Assembly: GCF_006345805.1 (NCBI RefSeq)
Contig: NC_043006.1
Span: 26,784,001 to 26,848,000, forward strand
DNA length: 64,000 nucleotides
Direction: 5' to 3'
Source: Octopus sinensis
Taxonomy: Eukaryota
A model generated the notes under the pieces. That model was not told the origin of the DNA. It made no database searches and worked only from the letters and a program-made list of their open reading frames with translations. Of this stretch, positions 25,378 through 37,644 are shown piece by piece. A program made the position numbers and the translations under genes. Position 1 is the first letter of the stretch; each line of letters begins with the position of its first letter.

Positions 25378-25770
25378 GGGCGCAGGAGTGGCTGTGTGGT
25401 AAGTAGCTTGTTTACCAACCACATGATTCCGGGTTCAGTCCCACTGCGTGGCACCTTGGGCAAGTGTCTTCTGCTTTAGCCTCAGGCCGACCAAAGCCTT
25501 GTGAGTGGATTTGGTGGACAGAAACTGAAAGAAGCCCGTCGTATATATGAATATATATATATGCGTGTCTGTGTTTGTCTTCCTAGCATTGCTTGACAAC
25601 CGATGCTGGTGTGTTTATGTCCCCGTTACTTAGCGGTTCAGCAAAAGCGACCGATAGAATAAGTACTGGGCTTACAAAAGAATAAGTCCCGGGGTCAAGT
25701 TGCTTGATTAAAAGTGGTGCTCCAGCATGGCCACAGTCAAATGACTGAAACAAGTAAAAGATAAAAGATG
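25378..25770 (+). mobile_element. Full-length tRNA-derived SINE (CORE-like, octopus OR-type)
   Basis: A box TGGCTGTGTGG, B box GGTTCAGTCCC, CORE-like ccttgggcaagt, an internal TA tract and the 3' tail gactgaaacaagtaaaagataaaaga. Confidence 0.9.
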
Positions 25771-26352
25771 CAATTAAGAGATAAGCTTGTTGTGCAGCCT
25801 CCAAGTCAGCTTTGACTGAACAAACCTATTGTTTGAAATATACCATGCCTCTGGTAGGCTGAGGACGACAATATTCAATGATGAACTGTATAGGTACTAT
25901 GTGGCAGTCAGGGCATATATTCTTTCCAATATTCAGTCTATTTCTGTATGTCTGTAGATTCTGGTGATAACTCCCATGTGAGTGAAATTTTATTGACAGA
26001 AACTAAATCGAAGTTTGTTAAAAGGACTAGTCCTGTCCTTGAGTGAAGACTTAACCTGTTACTAAGTTTAATATCACCTGGTCCTCTGTTGTAAGCATTC
26101 AGTCCAACTCTCCAAGGCTGAAGATAACTTCCCCTCTTCCACCAGCCAGTCTTCATTACTCTAAAAAGAGTCATGAGCACTGTCCTTTTTTTCTCTGAGT
26201 GATATAAAAATAAAAAGAACAGTTCATTCTAGAAGACTTCATAAAAAACAGGTTTCAGGTATTTTGCAAGAAAATGAAGGAACCTTGGTCAGATCAGTTT
26301 GAGCAAAGCTATAACATGGTGGGAGCTGTTCAAATAAGCAATTAGGTAATTT

Positions 26353-27143
26353 GGATCTTTTCCTTTTAAACAGCACTTTGTAACATAATTTCTAGATAAC
26401 TAAAAAGTTTTAAACTTTGTATACTGGTAGAATGTGTTTATAAAGCATCATTTTCTCTTGGCTTTATTGAGAAAATTCTATAGGTTGTAACATATTTCGT
26501 CTAAAATTTCTTGCATTTCGGCAATTTTAACCAATCAATTACCTCCATTGACGTAAATAACATTCTGTGCATAATGAATATGTCTCTCCTTTAAGAAATA
26601 GATTGGGTTTATTTACATTTGTGAAGAAAAACGATACCCTTCCCCCACCCCTAACTAACCCTAAATCTAAAATAGATTGAAATGCAATAGATCGATACTA
26701 GGGTTATAATTATGGGTGACAATTTCATTTGACACCGCTATGGAAATGGGATTTTTTTCTAGCGGTGTCAAATGAAAATTTCACCCATAATTATGGCCCT
26801 AGTATCAATCTATTGCATTCCAATCTATTTTAGATTTAGGGTTAGTGTTGGGGGAAGGGTATCTTTTTTCTTCACAAATGTAAATAAACCCAATCTGTTT
26901 CTTAAAGGAGGGACATATTCATTATGCACAGAATGTTATTTATGTCAATGGAGGTAATTGATTGGTTAAAATTGCCGAAATGCTCAAAATTTCAGACAAA
27001 ATATGTTACAGCCTATAGAATTTTCTCAACAAAGCCAAGAGAAAATGATGTTTTATAAACACATTCTACCAGTATACGAAGTTTAAAACTTTTTAATTAC
27101 CTAGAAATTATGTTACAAAGTGCCGTTCAAAAGGAAAAGATCC
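26353..27143. mobile_element. Almost fully palindromic MITE (~390-bp arms, 19-bp spacer) with 8-bp TSD
   Basis: Arms 26353-26740 and 26760-27143, ends GGATC...GATCC. GGTAATTT is repeated at 26345-26352 and 27144-27151. Confidence 0.9.
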
Positions 27144-28810
27144 GGTAATTTATATGTGAACATCCATTATTGTAGATCTTGCCTTCCAAAAGGTCAGGTT
27201 GTTTTCATTTTCTGAAAGAACTAAAAGTTTGTTGGGACAATATTCTCTACTAGAATGATCAAATATGTTATTGTTATCATTCTAGACTCATGAAAATATG
27301 CCTCAGATGCACTAGCTACCACCCTCAGTAAATGTACTGCACTGGATGACAGCCAAACTGGTTAACACAGATTCAAGAAATAATAGATTTCCTCCACAGC
27401 AGACTTGAGCTTTCTGGAATTCAGAATTTCCATATTTTAGAGCTTCATTAGCAACAACCCTTTTTTTCTGTTCAGGCTTTGTTCACTGGAAGCTTTAAGG
27501 CTTATTACTATTGCCATCCATAACAATACACTATACTTCTTTCCATGGCACACCTGAAAAGGTTATTGCTGCGAAAGTTCTGATTTTCTCTGTATCTTCA
27601 TCATCGTTGTCATTGTCATCATCATCATTTAACATCCATTTTCCATTTTCCAAACCATCCAGCTTCTCATTGACTCTTATCAAGATCTACTCAAAAAAGT
27701 GAAAAAAAGAAAGCTGAAATGGTATGGCCATATAACAAGATCCAATGACTTTGCAAAAAATATTCAAGAAACTGTGGAGGGAAGAAGAGATGATCAAAGA
27801 AAAAGATGGACAGATAGTATCAAGGAACAGACAGGCAAATTGTTTACAAAGCCCTGATCCCTGATTCTGTAATGACAATGTTTCTACAACTCCATTAGAG
27901 TTGAGAGCCCAAAGCAAGATGTGTTATATCACAGCTAGCTTAGTGACAAACAGGCTCCCTTTACCTTTTTCATGGCTACTCCATACTTTCTCCACCCTGG
28001 CCTATCTGACATTCTTACTGCATCTTACATAGTAGACCTACAGATTATTAATACACTCCCCACAAGCATCTCCTGCACACTCATAATCATCATCATCGTT
28101 GTTTTTAACATCCATTTTTCCATGTTGGCTTGGGTTAGATGAAGCTCATTGAGACAAATTTCTATGGCTGGATGTTGTTACTGTTGCAACAAGACAGTTG
28201 TGGACCATTTCTTGTTTTTTAAGTAAGATTGTTTTTCACTTAAGTGGTCCTCATACATCCACCAAACTACAGAAAAGTCGTCCACCAGGGAAAAAAAATT
28301 TCGCTGTCTTTTATTCTGACAATGCTAAAGATGACACATGAAACTGACATCCATGCACACAAATTCTCTCTCACACACGTTTATACATACATACATACAT
28401 ACATATATTAAGTATATAAATAGGTGCAGGTTGTGTTGTTAAAAAGTTTGTTTCCAAACCATGTTGTTTCAGGTTCAATCTCACAGCAAGACACCATGGG
28501 TCTTCTACAAGAGCTTTGAGCTGCCCAAGGCCTTGCAAATGAATTTGGTAAACAAAAATTGTATGAAGCCCATTGTATATTCTTTTATTCTCTTGCTTCT
28601 TTCAATCATTAGACTATGGCCACTAAGTTACAGGGACATAAACACACCAACATTGGTTATCAAGCAGTGGTGGTAGGAAAACACAGACACAAAGGCCACA
28701 CATACATACATGCATGCACACACACTCACACACATATATATAGAATACTGTTCCATGAAGGTAAGAACATCAAAATAAGTACTCCATCTGGCGAGAGATA
28801 AATATTGTTT

Positions 28811-29309
28811 AATGAACACAGTATATATTTTTATGAGCTACTTATTGTTTCATGTGGTGAAAACAACACAGACAGCGTTTTATAACATGTCTGATGTATT
28901 CATGCAATCTTCAGGCTATGGTTACAAACAATATACAAGCTAAAGCAGGAGGATAGAAAAAGAGAAAATATGAGAAAAGGTGGAAAACTGAAAATACCAA
29001 AAAGTAAAAAAGCAAAAGGGAGGGGGAGGATTGGAGTTATGTCCCCTTTGACTAAGAACTCCACCACACTGGTGAATTCCAGATCTGAAGTTTTCAGTAG
29101 ATGTAAGCATCTGGATAACTTCCTGTTGGCAAACTTTCTGAATTGAGCAGCTTTTCCAGTGTTTTCGTCCTTCCATATTTTACATCAGCCTTCTCATCTT
29201 TTCTCCTATTTTAGCTTGTAGACACCAGATGTGTTATAAAATACTGTCTGAATCATTTTCATTGCATGAAATTATTAGTAGCTCATAAAAATATATACTC
29301 TGTTCATTA
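28811..29309. repeat. Old inverted-repeat element (~90-bp diverged arms, ~320-bp core)
   Basis: agtatatatttttatgagctact (28820-28842) pairs with the reverse complement at ~29277-29299. Similarity extends through cagacag..ttttataaca. Confidence 0.65.
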
Positions 29310-29689
29310 TATAAAGCAAGTAAGTAACAAGGATGTCCAGGTTTCAATGAATTATGGCCGTTTCAAGCTGCTCCATTTAATTGACCAATGCAAACATTAC
29401 ATCAGTTTGAAAGAAACTGCTCTCCTCAGATGCAAGACAACCATATAGATTTCCAATATAAAGGATAAACCAATTTTTAGCACAATTTACATCAATGCTA
29501 GAAACCAAAACACTTACATTGCTCCCCTTTGCTATGCTTGTGGCAGAATGAATTTAGGGAAAAAATATATTTCTAAAACCTAGTGTAATTTAGAGAGTAG
29601 CAGAGGAAAATAGTAGGGATCAAGAAAAAGGAATGGTGAGATAGTTAATTTATATTTATCTTTATTTTATTTATAAGATTTTATGCAGC

Positions 29690-29875
29690 ATATAGCTGGC
29701 AGAAACGTTAGTGCACTGGGCGAAATGCGTAGCCGTATTTTGTCTGCCGTTACGTTCTGAGTTCAAATTCCGCCGAGGTTGACTTTACCTTTCATCCTTT
29801 CGGGGTCGGATCCGTTTGTCTGTCCTTGTTTGTCCCCTCTATGTTTAGCGCCTTGTGGGCAATAAAGAAATATAT
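29690..29875 (+). mobile_element. SINE (third family)
   Basis: gctggcagaaacgttag...gttctgagttcaaattccgccgagg (B-box-like) with a 3' aataaagaaata tail. Confidence 0.75.
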
Positions 29876-30644
29876 AGCCTACAACCCTTTAGAGTTAAAT
29901 TCATTGGGAGTTGACAGTTAAGTTCCAGTTGATGGTGATAAATTAATTAATATCAGATACTCTCCTCCCGACCTTTATTTTACTGGAACCATATATCTAG
30001 CTTTATCAACACACATATATAAAATGTTCACAGGTAATGGATATTTATACATTTTGTTCCAGTCAGCTTACATGTGTGTCTGATAAAATTTTGGAGAGAC
30101 CCAATTCCCAAGTGCAATAATCACATTAATTGCTCCATAATGGATCAATTGAATAAAGTAGAGCACAGGCTTACTCCTTTAACTTCTTCAGAGCTACAGC
30201 ATACTGGCTGCCAAGCAACAAGTTTGACCAAAAGGGTGGTAGTAGTAACTAGGTAATCTATTTTAAGCATGTAATTGACCAGTGCCAAACTGGCCGCAAG
30301 GAAGGGGATCAACTATCATAGTACGCATCAAAGTTCTGCATATATATATGACCAGGAAAAAAAGTAGAAATTTAATATCTCACTATTTTGTTTAGGATTT
30401 CTTTATTCACAATTGTTTCATATGATGGACATGGGTGCAGCGGGGAGCAAATTTAAAATTACTAAATGTTGAAGCATTGGTAAAAGGAATGGAGTTATTT
30501 ATGTTATGAAGTGAAGACCACCTAAACTATTCAGACAAAGAGAACAAGCCACTATTCTCCATATAGAAAGATATTCAGCTTCCAATCAATAATACAGACG
30601 AGATTACTAGTAAATTGGTTTCATAAAAATATAATATAATAAAG

Positions 30645-30800
30645 GGATCTTTTTGCTTTGACCGGCAGATTTTTTAAAATAATTTCTTTGTAATTAAACA
30701 CTTTTAAACTTTGTATACTGGTAGAATGTATTACATAAAACATCTTTTTCTCTTGGCTTTCTTGAGAAAATTCTGTAGTTTGTAAGCTATTTGTTGTTTA
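30645..30800 (+). mobile_element. Partial copy of the palindromic MITE arm at 26353
   Basis: ggatctttt...ttttaaactttgtatactggtagaatgt...ttttctcttggcttt.ttgagaaaattct shared with 26353-26490. Confidence 0.75.
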
Positions 30801-32909
30801 ATAAAAAGACTGAAAGGAGATCTGCAATTAAATAACTTTACTCAACACTTTGCAACTGAATCAGTGGAGGCAAAGATGCCTCTCATTTACTTGACAATTT
30901 ATGCAGCACATTGCAGAAATCACAATCTAAGTGTATGCCAAAGAAAACTCTTACGCTGTTGTACCATTGAATTACAAATAATGTTCATCTTCTATGCTCA
31001 GATGACTCCACAGCTTCCAAGGGTACAAGTATTCATCTTTGCTTAGATATAATGACAAAATTGTGGGCGCTAAGTCCCCATGAAGGGGTCTTTCTAACTT
31101 GTAAGAAGATGAAATTTTATAAATATTACTTCATTTGTATCTAATATCTATGGTTAAAATTTCATCAACAGCAAAAATATATGAATTGTCATGGCAGTTG
31201 TGGCCCTTATGCATAGAATATAACTTCCAAATTTCATAAAGATCCATTCAGTGAGAAATTGAATATTAATTTGATTAATATGAATTGAAAACCAGTGGTG
31301 TAGCATATAAGACCACAGCGGATCTTCTTCTAGCAAAATGGATGTCCACTGTTAATGGTTCATCCCTCTTATATAATAGTTTGACTTTAATAGTTTCAGT
31401 ATTAAAGTGAAAGTATCTAACATTACAATAGAGAGATGTTTTTGTTTCACTTTTAACACGTAATACTGAAATAGTGGAGAAGATATGATATTGCTGTGGG
31501 CTCACCCTAGGCAAGACGTTAGAAATTTTTTTGCCCATGACACTACATGGACCCTAAGTAAGGCATGTGTAAAATTTGAATGAAATTGGTTGAGTAGTTC
31601 TCAAGTTTTAGGGATTCACACGGACAGACAGACACACACACATTCTCAGTTTTATATATATAGATATATACTTTATGTGTGTGTGTGTAAATATATATAT
31701 AGATTCAGATGAATATGGTACTTAAGTTGAGGCACCAGAATTTAGTATGGGATTATCCATACAATTTCAAAGTAACATGATTAAAATCAAAATAAACAAC
31801 AAGGATATCTAGAGGTAATGCAGTACGATCACTTCATGCAACTCCATTTAATTGGACAATGCAATCATTACATCAATTTAAAATGCAGAGCAATCTTCAG
31901 CTGCACAAAGACATAGAATTTAATTAAATTAGAACAGATGGACACATTAGTATAATTATACCTAAAATCTCCAAGAAGTTAAGGAGATAAACAAAGAACA
32001 TGCTGTCTCACTCCAGTTTAGAAGTTACTGAATTTTCCAAGAAGATATACATTGTTACAAACTCTGCTTGTTACTGATTTTTTGTTTTTATGGGGTTAGT
32101 TTTAATTTATAGATTAGTTTATCAAATCCCTTCTACATCTAAGGCTGAAAAAACAGAGGGCAGTATCTGTTAGGGGTAAGGCTGAGGGAGCAGACAGACA
32201 TCATAGTTGGTATAGTCATAAAAATCAAGATTTATTAGAAATAATATCAAGAGGTTTGGTAAAGGAAAACTTAAAACGAGATGTTAGCTGATAATTCAGG
32301 GGGTCGCCCACTAGCAGACTATTGATAATGAAACAGGGGAAATCTTATCATGTTGTACTATAGTTAAATATTATCCTGAATAAATGACAGGAGTTAGTGG
32401 TAAGATGTAAAATTTTTTTAACAAGACCTTTAGGTCACTTCCTTGATAATTAATCATTTGAATAAATGGATATGAATACGCCCACACACCTTCCTACTCC
32501 AAAGGTTTAGAGACAAAAGTATATTTAAATTAAAAAGTAATTGTCAAATTTCTTGGATCTTTTCTGTTTGAATTAATTTCATATTCAGTGTAATGGTGTA
32601 GTTTTATATGCTAATCAATGCCATGGAATTCATTTCACCATAAATCAATAAATAAATAGTTATTAGCTTTTAAAGTTTGGAAATTTGGGGTAATTTTAGC
32701 CAGTCATAAGCTACAGACACATTCATGCCTGTTTCCATAGTAAGAAGCCAAACACAAGAACTCATTTGTCTGTGAGAAAGCAGATGTTGACAAATATATT
32801 CTACTCATTGGGGCGGTCATGAGACATGCTAAAAATAACAGCTAAATAGGCCTTAAATCACGTACCCCCAATTTTTTTGTTTTTGCTTAATCATATGAGT
32901 TCCCATATT

Positions 32910-33130
32910 CTTTTATTCTTTTATTTGTTTCAGTCATTTGACGGCAGCCATGCTGGAGCACTGCCTGTTAGTCAAGTAAATCGACCCTAGGACTTAGTCC
33001 TTGTAAGCCTAGTACTTATTCTATCAGTCTCTTTTGCCAAACCGCTAAGTTACGGGGACGTAAACACACCAGCATTGGTTGTCAAGTGATGCTGGGGGAA
33101 CAAACACAGACACACAAACATACACACGCA
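32910..33130 (-). mobile_element. tRNA-derived SINE, 3' half
   Basis: Reverse complement of the 3' portion of 25378-25770. Confidence 0.8.
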
Positions 33131-33163
33131 CACATATACATATATATACACATATATATATAT

Positions 33164-33223
<60 letters not shown>

Positions 33224-33224
33224 C

Positions 33225-33308
<84 letters not shown>

Positions 33309-33386
33309 AAACAATACTGGGAGGATAAGAAATGGAACGAAGCGAAGAATCGAACGAACCCGACGCGAAGCACTGTCAGACAATAG

Positions 33387-34055
33387 TGTAATAAATAAAA
33401 TATATGCATACATACAAACATATATGTACATACCTACATCTACATGTATATATACATGCATATATAAATAAATATACGTACAGGACACCACAAAAAGACG
33501 TAGAACTCAACAGAAACGAAAACGGAAAAAGCCATTTTTTTACAACAGAAAGACAGAGACGTGGAACAGGACGAGAACGAAAACGGGAAAAACAAGGTAC
33601 AGGACATACTACACAAGGAAAAATCCCCTTCATCAGCTGTCGCTACGTCCTGTTTGTGTTACATTTTTTTCGTGCTTGTTTTACCCCTCTGCGAGGTTAT
33701 TTTATTTTAATTCTCTCGCAGGAAGGCCTAGTATTGATGAGTCGTGTCCTGTCTTGCCTTCGAAACACACTAAGTCTACTAGCGACAGCTGATGAAGGGG
33801 ATTTTTCCTTGTGTAGTATGTCCTGTACCTTGTTTTTCTGTTGTAAATAATGTTTTTCCCGTTTTTGTTCTCGTCCTGTTCCACGTCTCTGTCTGTCTGT
33901 TGTAAAAAAAAGGCTTTTTCCGTTTTCATTTCTGTTGAGTTCTACGTCTATTTGTGGTGTCCTGTACGTATATTTATGTATATATGCATGTATATATACA
34001 TGTAGATGTAGGTACATACATATATGTTTGTATGTATGCATATATTTTATTTATT

Positions 34056-34058
<3 letters not shown>
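33387..34058. repeat. Inverted repeat (arms 33387-33645 and 33780-34058, 134-bp spacer) flanked by (TA)n
   Basis: Mirror ORFs 33404+ and 34041- start with the near-identical MHTYKHIC...YRTPQ. Same family as 6880-7440 and 49803-50600. Confidence 0.88.
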
Positions 34059-34100
<42 letters not shown>

Positions 34101-34304
34101 TGAAATAGAAAGATGAATAATCTTGTTGCAGATTAATCAAAAGTTTAACCGATACCTTGGTAGCAAAAATCACAGCAGAAGACAGCACGGTTGGAGGTAC
34201 AACCATATGGTGTTGCAACCGTGCGTTGGTGCGGATAATTGAATTTTAATATTATTAGTGAATTGAAGAAATGGAGTTGAACGAAGATTGAACAGAAATC
34301 GTTT

Positions 34305-34397
34305 TATTGCATTCTACACGTGTTTCGAAAGGCACAATTTACCAAATTCCGATTGAATAAGGAGACCATATTGTGTCTTTCTCTTCAGGAAGAAATA
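34305..34397 (-). ncRNA. Type I minimal hammerhead ribozyme (left arm copy)
   Basis: Exact reverse complement of 35111-35203. CTGAAGA at 34388-34382. Predicted cleavage after GUA, between 34315 and 34314. Confidence 0.8.
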
Positions 34398-35110
34398 GGA
34401 AATCCGTTGGAAAAAACAAAAACAGAACAGAGGCGGAGCAAAACAAATCGAACGAGGCTCCTAAGAGCCCATGGCCAAACTGTTTATCAATGTATGTTGA
34501 AAACTGGTGGTGGGTGCGTTGAAGGTTTTAACGGGTCAGGCAGCGGTCATTCCGGTGGTGGGAGCACAGGGTGCTTAGATGTTCTTTGTGACCGAGACTA
34601 AAGTTCTGACTATTTAAAGAATATTAGGTGTATTATATGGGGCGAGACAAAATCTACTTAGAAACATGTGTGTGTGTACTGTTCTATGTGTTCGTATGTG
34701 CGTTTGATCACGTGGCCGTCAGTTGGTAAACAGCCCTACACAATGGTCACTGCTATAAAATCCGTCGGGTGGCAGAAAAAAATTTTTTATGTGTGCGTGT
34801 GTTCATCTAAGCCTGCCTTGTCAAAGAAACCCCCCGTCGTCAAGACAAACCACCATTCGTCTCGCCCCATATAATACACCTAATATTCTTTAAATAGTCA
34901 GAACTTTAGTCTCAGTCACAAAGAACATCTAAGCACCCTGTGCTCCCACCCACCGGAATGACCGCTGCCTGACCCGTTAAAACCTTCAACGCACCCACCA
35001 CCAGTTTTCAACATACATTGATAAACAGTTTGGCCATGGGCTCTTAGGAGCCTCGTTCGATTTGTTTTGCTCCGCCTCTGTTCTGTTTTTGTTTTTTCCA
35101 ATGGATTTCC

Positions 35111-35203
35111 TATTTCTTCCTGAAGAGAAAGACACAATATGGTCTCCTTATTCAATCGGAATTTGGTAAATTGTGCCTTTCGAAACACGTGTAGAATGCA
35201 ATA
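35111..35203 (+). ncRNA. Type I minimal hammerhead ribozyme (right arm copy)
   Basis: CTGAAGA 35120-35126. Stem II GAAAGACACAAT/ATTGTGCCTTTC (11 of 12 bp, G10.1-C11.1). GAAA 35182-35185. Palindromic stem III ACACGTGT. GUA triplet 35191-35193. Stem I TTC/GAA plus TATT/AATA. Confidence 0.82.
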
Positions 35204-36445
35204 AAACGATTTCTGTTCAATCTTCGTTCAACTCCATTTCTTCAATTCACTATATATATATATACACAACGGGCTTCTTTCAGTTTCTGTCTACCAAATC
35301 CACTCACAAGGCTTTGGTCGGCCTGAGGATATAGTAGAAGACACTTGCCCAAGGTGCCATGCAGTGGGACTGAACCCGGAACAACACAGCCACTTCTGTG
35401 CCTATATGTAGAATATAAATTTGCAAAATTTTTCTGAAAATTCCAAAGAATAAAAAAATTATGAGGGTTTATATGGTGTGCATAAAGCAGAATTTTGCCA
35501 ATATTTCATCTGTTTACAGTTGACAACATGTGCTGTCATGCACAAAACAGACAGCTTCCAAATCCTGTTTTCTGACTGGGTGAAAATTATCACACTTTAA
35601 ACCGTTATAACTTTTTTTTAAAAATTTTCCAGAAAAAGCAAAAAATCTCTTAAGATTCAGCTTGGAAAATTACATTAATACACCAAATTTTGAAATTTTC
35701 AATAAACTTTGAAATTTCAATAGGTCCAGCCAAACAGAAAAGGTCCAATTTCTTAATTACTCAGATTACAGAAGGTTTCTATTCCCTTCCCCTTCTCACT
35801 ATTTATTATAATGACAAGAAAGTATCCATTTTATTTTCCTATATCCCTTTCTTTACACAGCCATTTTCCTTTTTATCTCTATTTTTATTGTTTTTGCTTT
35901 ATTTTGCTTTTATTTTTTATTTTGTTTTGGTTTTATCTTCTTCACTTTGTATTTGTGTAATTTACTTTACCATCCTCTTTGAAAAATATATCTTAACCTT
36001 ACTATTGTAGCTGAACCAATAGGATTATATTGTAGTCTTAGTCTGATTATCCCTTTACTTGTTATTGTTCATTTCTAATCCCTGATTGCTAGTTTTAACC
36101 ATTTCTGTTAACTGTTTATAATTATATAAATTTGTGGCAAAGTATTTTAATACTTAAAGTTTAAAATAATAAGTAGTACCCTAGCTACCTTTTGGTTTGT
36201 ATATTTGCGTATACTTCCCTGATATTTTCTTAAAATATATTTGTTATAGGGATGATAATGATACTAATAATGGAACACCCCTCCCACTTGATAAGTGGTA
36301 TATGCTAGTTGTTATAAATACTGTGATATAGGAAGTCGAGTTGTCGACAGAGTTGGTCATAGATAGTTGTGTCTTTACTTGTTTAACTAACTATGCTGTT
36401 ATACTGGAGTGATGATTATAACAGTCTGACGTTGGATTATAACAG

Positions 36446-36457
36446 TGGCGATGAGGA
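36446..36457 (+). promoter_or_regulatory. Primer-binding site, probably tRNA-Ser(GCU)
   Basis: TGGCGATGAGGA lies 1 nt after the LTR. It is one CpG-type change from TGGCGACGAGGA, the complement of the metazoan tRNA-Ser(GCU) 3' end as recalled. Confidence 0.7.
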
Positions 36458-37644
36458 ATTAACAAACTCATGAGGATTAAACAAACTCACTAAAGTTTTT
36501 GTGTGGATTTCACGATATACAAAATCATAAAATTATGGAAGAATTGTTAGCCGGTTTGCTCAAGATGCAAAAACAGCAACAACAACTACTGCAAGAACAA
36601 CAACAACAATTATCATTACAGCAGTAAATGATGCAATTAATGAATAGTAAGTCGTCCAAAAATGCTGAAAAGATGTTCTCACCAGATAATGTTGCAAACT
36701 CAATTACAGAATTCCGATACGAACCAGATGAAGGAGTTACCTTTGAGGTGTACTACGAACAGATCTTCAATAAAGAGAGCAAAGATTGGGACGACAATAT
36801 GAAAATGCATCTAATCCTAAGAAAACTGGCAGCAGGAGAACATGAGCATTACAGTAATTATGTACTCCCCAAAAAGTCTTATGACAAACTTTAGAAATAC
36901 AATAGACATCTTGTGTAAAATTTTTAGTGAGAAAAGCTTGTTGTTCAATACTCACTGGAAATGTTTGGGGTTAGAAGAGAACAATTAAGAGAACTACATC
37001 ACATATGCTAGTAGTTAACAGAGAATGTGAAAAGTTCAAACTGGATGAGTTAATGCCAGACATGTTCAAGTGCCTGATATTTATTTAGGGACTAACTGCA
37101 GGAAAAGACACAGAGGTAAGAACAAGAATTTTCGCTAAGTTGGAACAAAACCAAGCTATAACCTTACAACAAGTGTCAGAAGAGTGTGAAAGAATAGTAA
37201 ATTTAAGGCATGACACAAGGAATATTGAACATAAAGATTACTCCCAAGTGAAACAAATGCATTGGGAAATACAAAACAGGCAGAATAGAAATCAAGTGTG
37301 TACTAAAATATGGTACAAACAAGACAAAAGTCAGGAAACAAACCCATGTTTTGCATGTGGAGGTCTACACCTGAAAAAAAACTGCCCATCTAAGAAAGTG
37401 GAATGTTTCTGTTGTGGAAAAATTGGACACGTAAAAGCACACTGTATAACCAAGATGACAAAACGTTGGAACAAAGAAAGAAGAATAAACAAAATGTTGT
37501 TGAAAGAAAATGGTAATATGACAAAGAGGAAATTCATGAATGTGAAAATTGAAAATATAAGAGTAAAAATGCAGTTAGATACTCGAAGTGATACTACCAT
37601 TGTGAATGAAGAAACTTAAAAGTATATTGGTAAATCTACAAAAG

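Larger units (their letters stand above)
34256..35252. mobile_element. Near-perfect 393/394-bp inverted repeat with 210-bp spacer; probable Penelope-like pLTR pair
   Basis: Arms 34256-34648 and 34859-35252. The mirror ORFs are identical for about 80 codons, with one indel seen. Each arm contains a hammerhead core. Confidence 0.85.

Noticed and set aside
25378-25460. tRNA-like A and B boxes (also at 4600-4668, 37650 and 58280)
   Set aside because: These are SINE heads with no cloverleaf or acceptor stem, followed by SINE body sequence. They are not tRNA genes.
30175-30251. Segment bounded by splice-like sites on both strands
   Set aside because: Strand and frame are ambiguous, the minus acceptor is weak, and it could not be linked to other exons.
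33755-33802. GAAAC...CTGATGA arrangement suggesting a type II hammerhead
   Set aside because: Stem I between GTC and CTGATGA does not pair, stem II relies on G-U pairs, and the inverted copy lacks the GAAAC half.
34320-35188. Duplicated ORFs MFRKAQFTKFRLNKE... on both strands
   Set aside because: GTG-started mirror images produced by the inverted repeat and antisense to the hammerheads. No recognisable protein motif.
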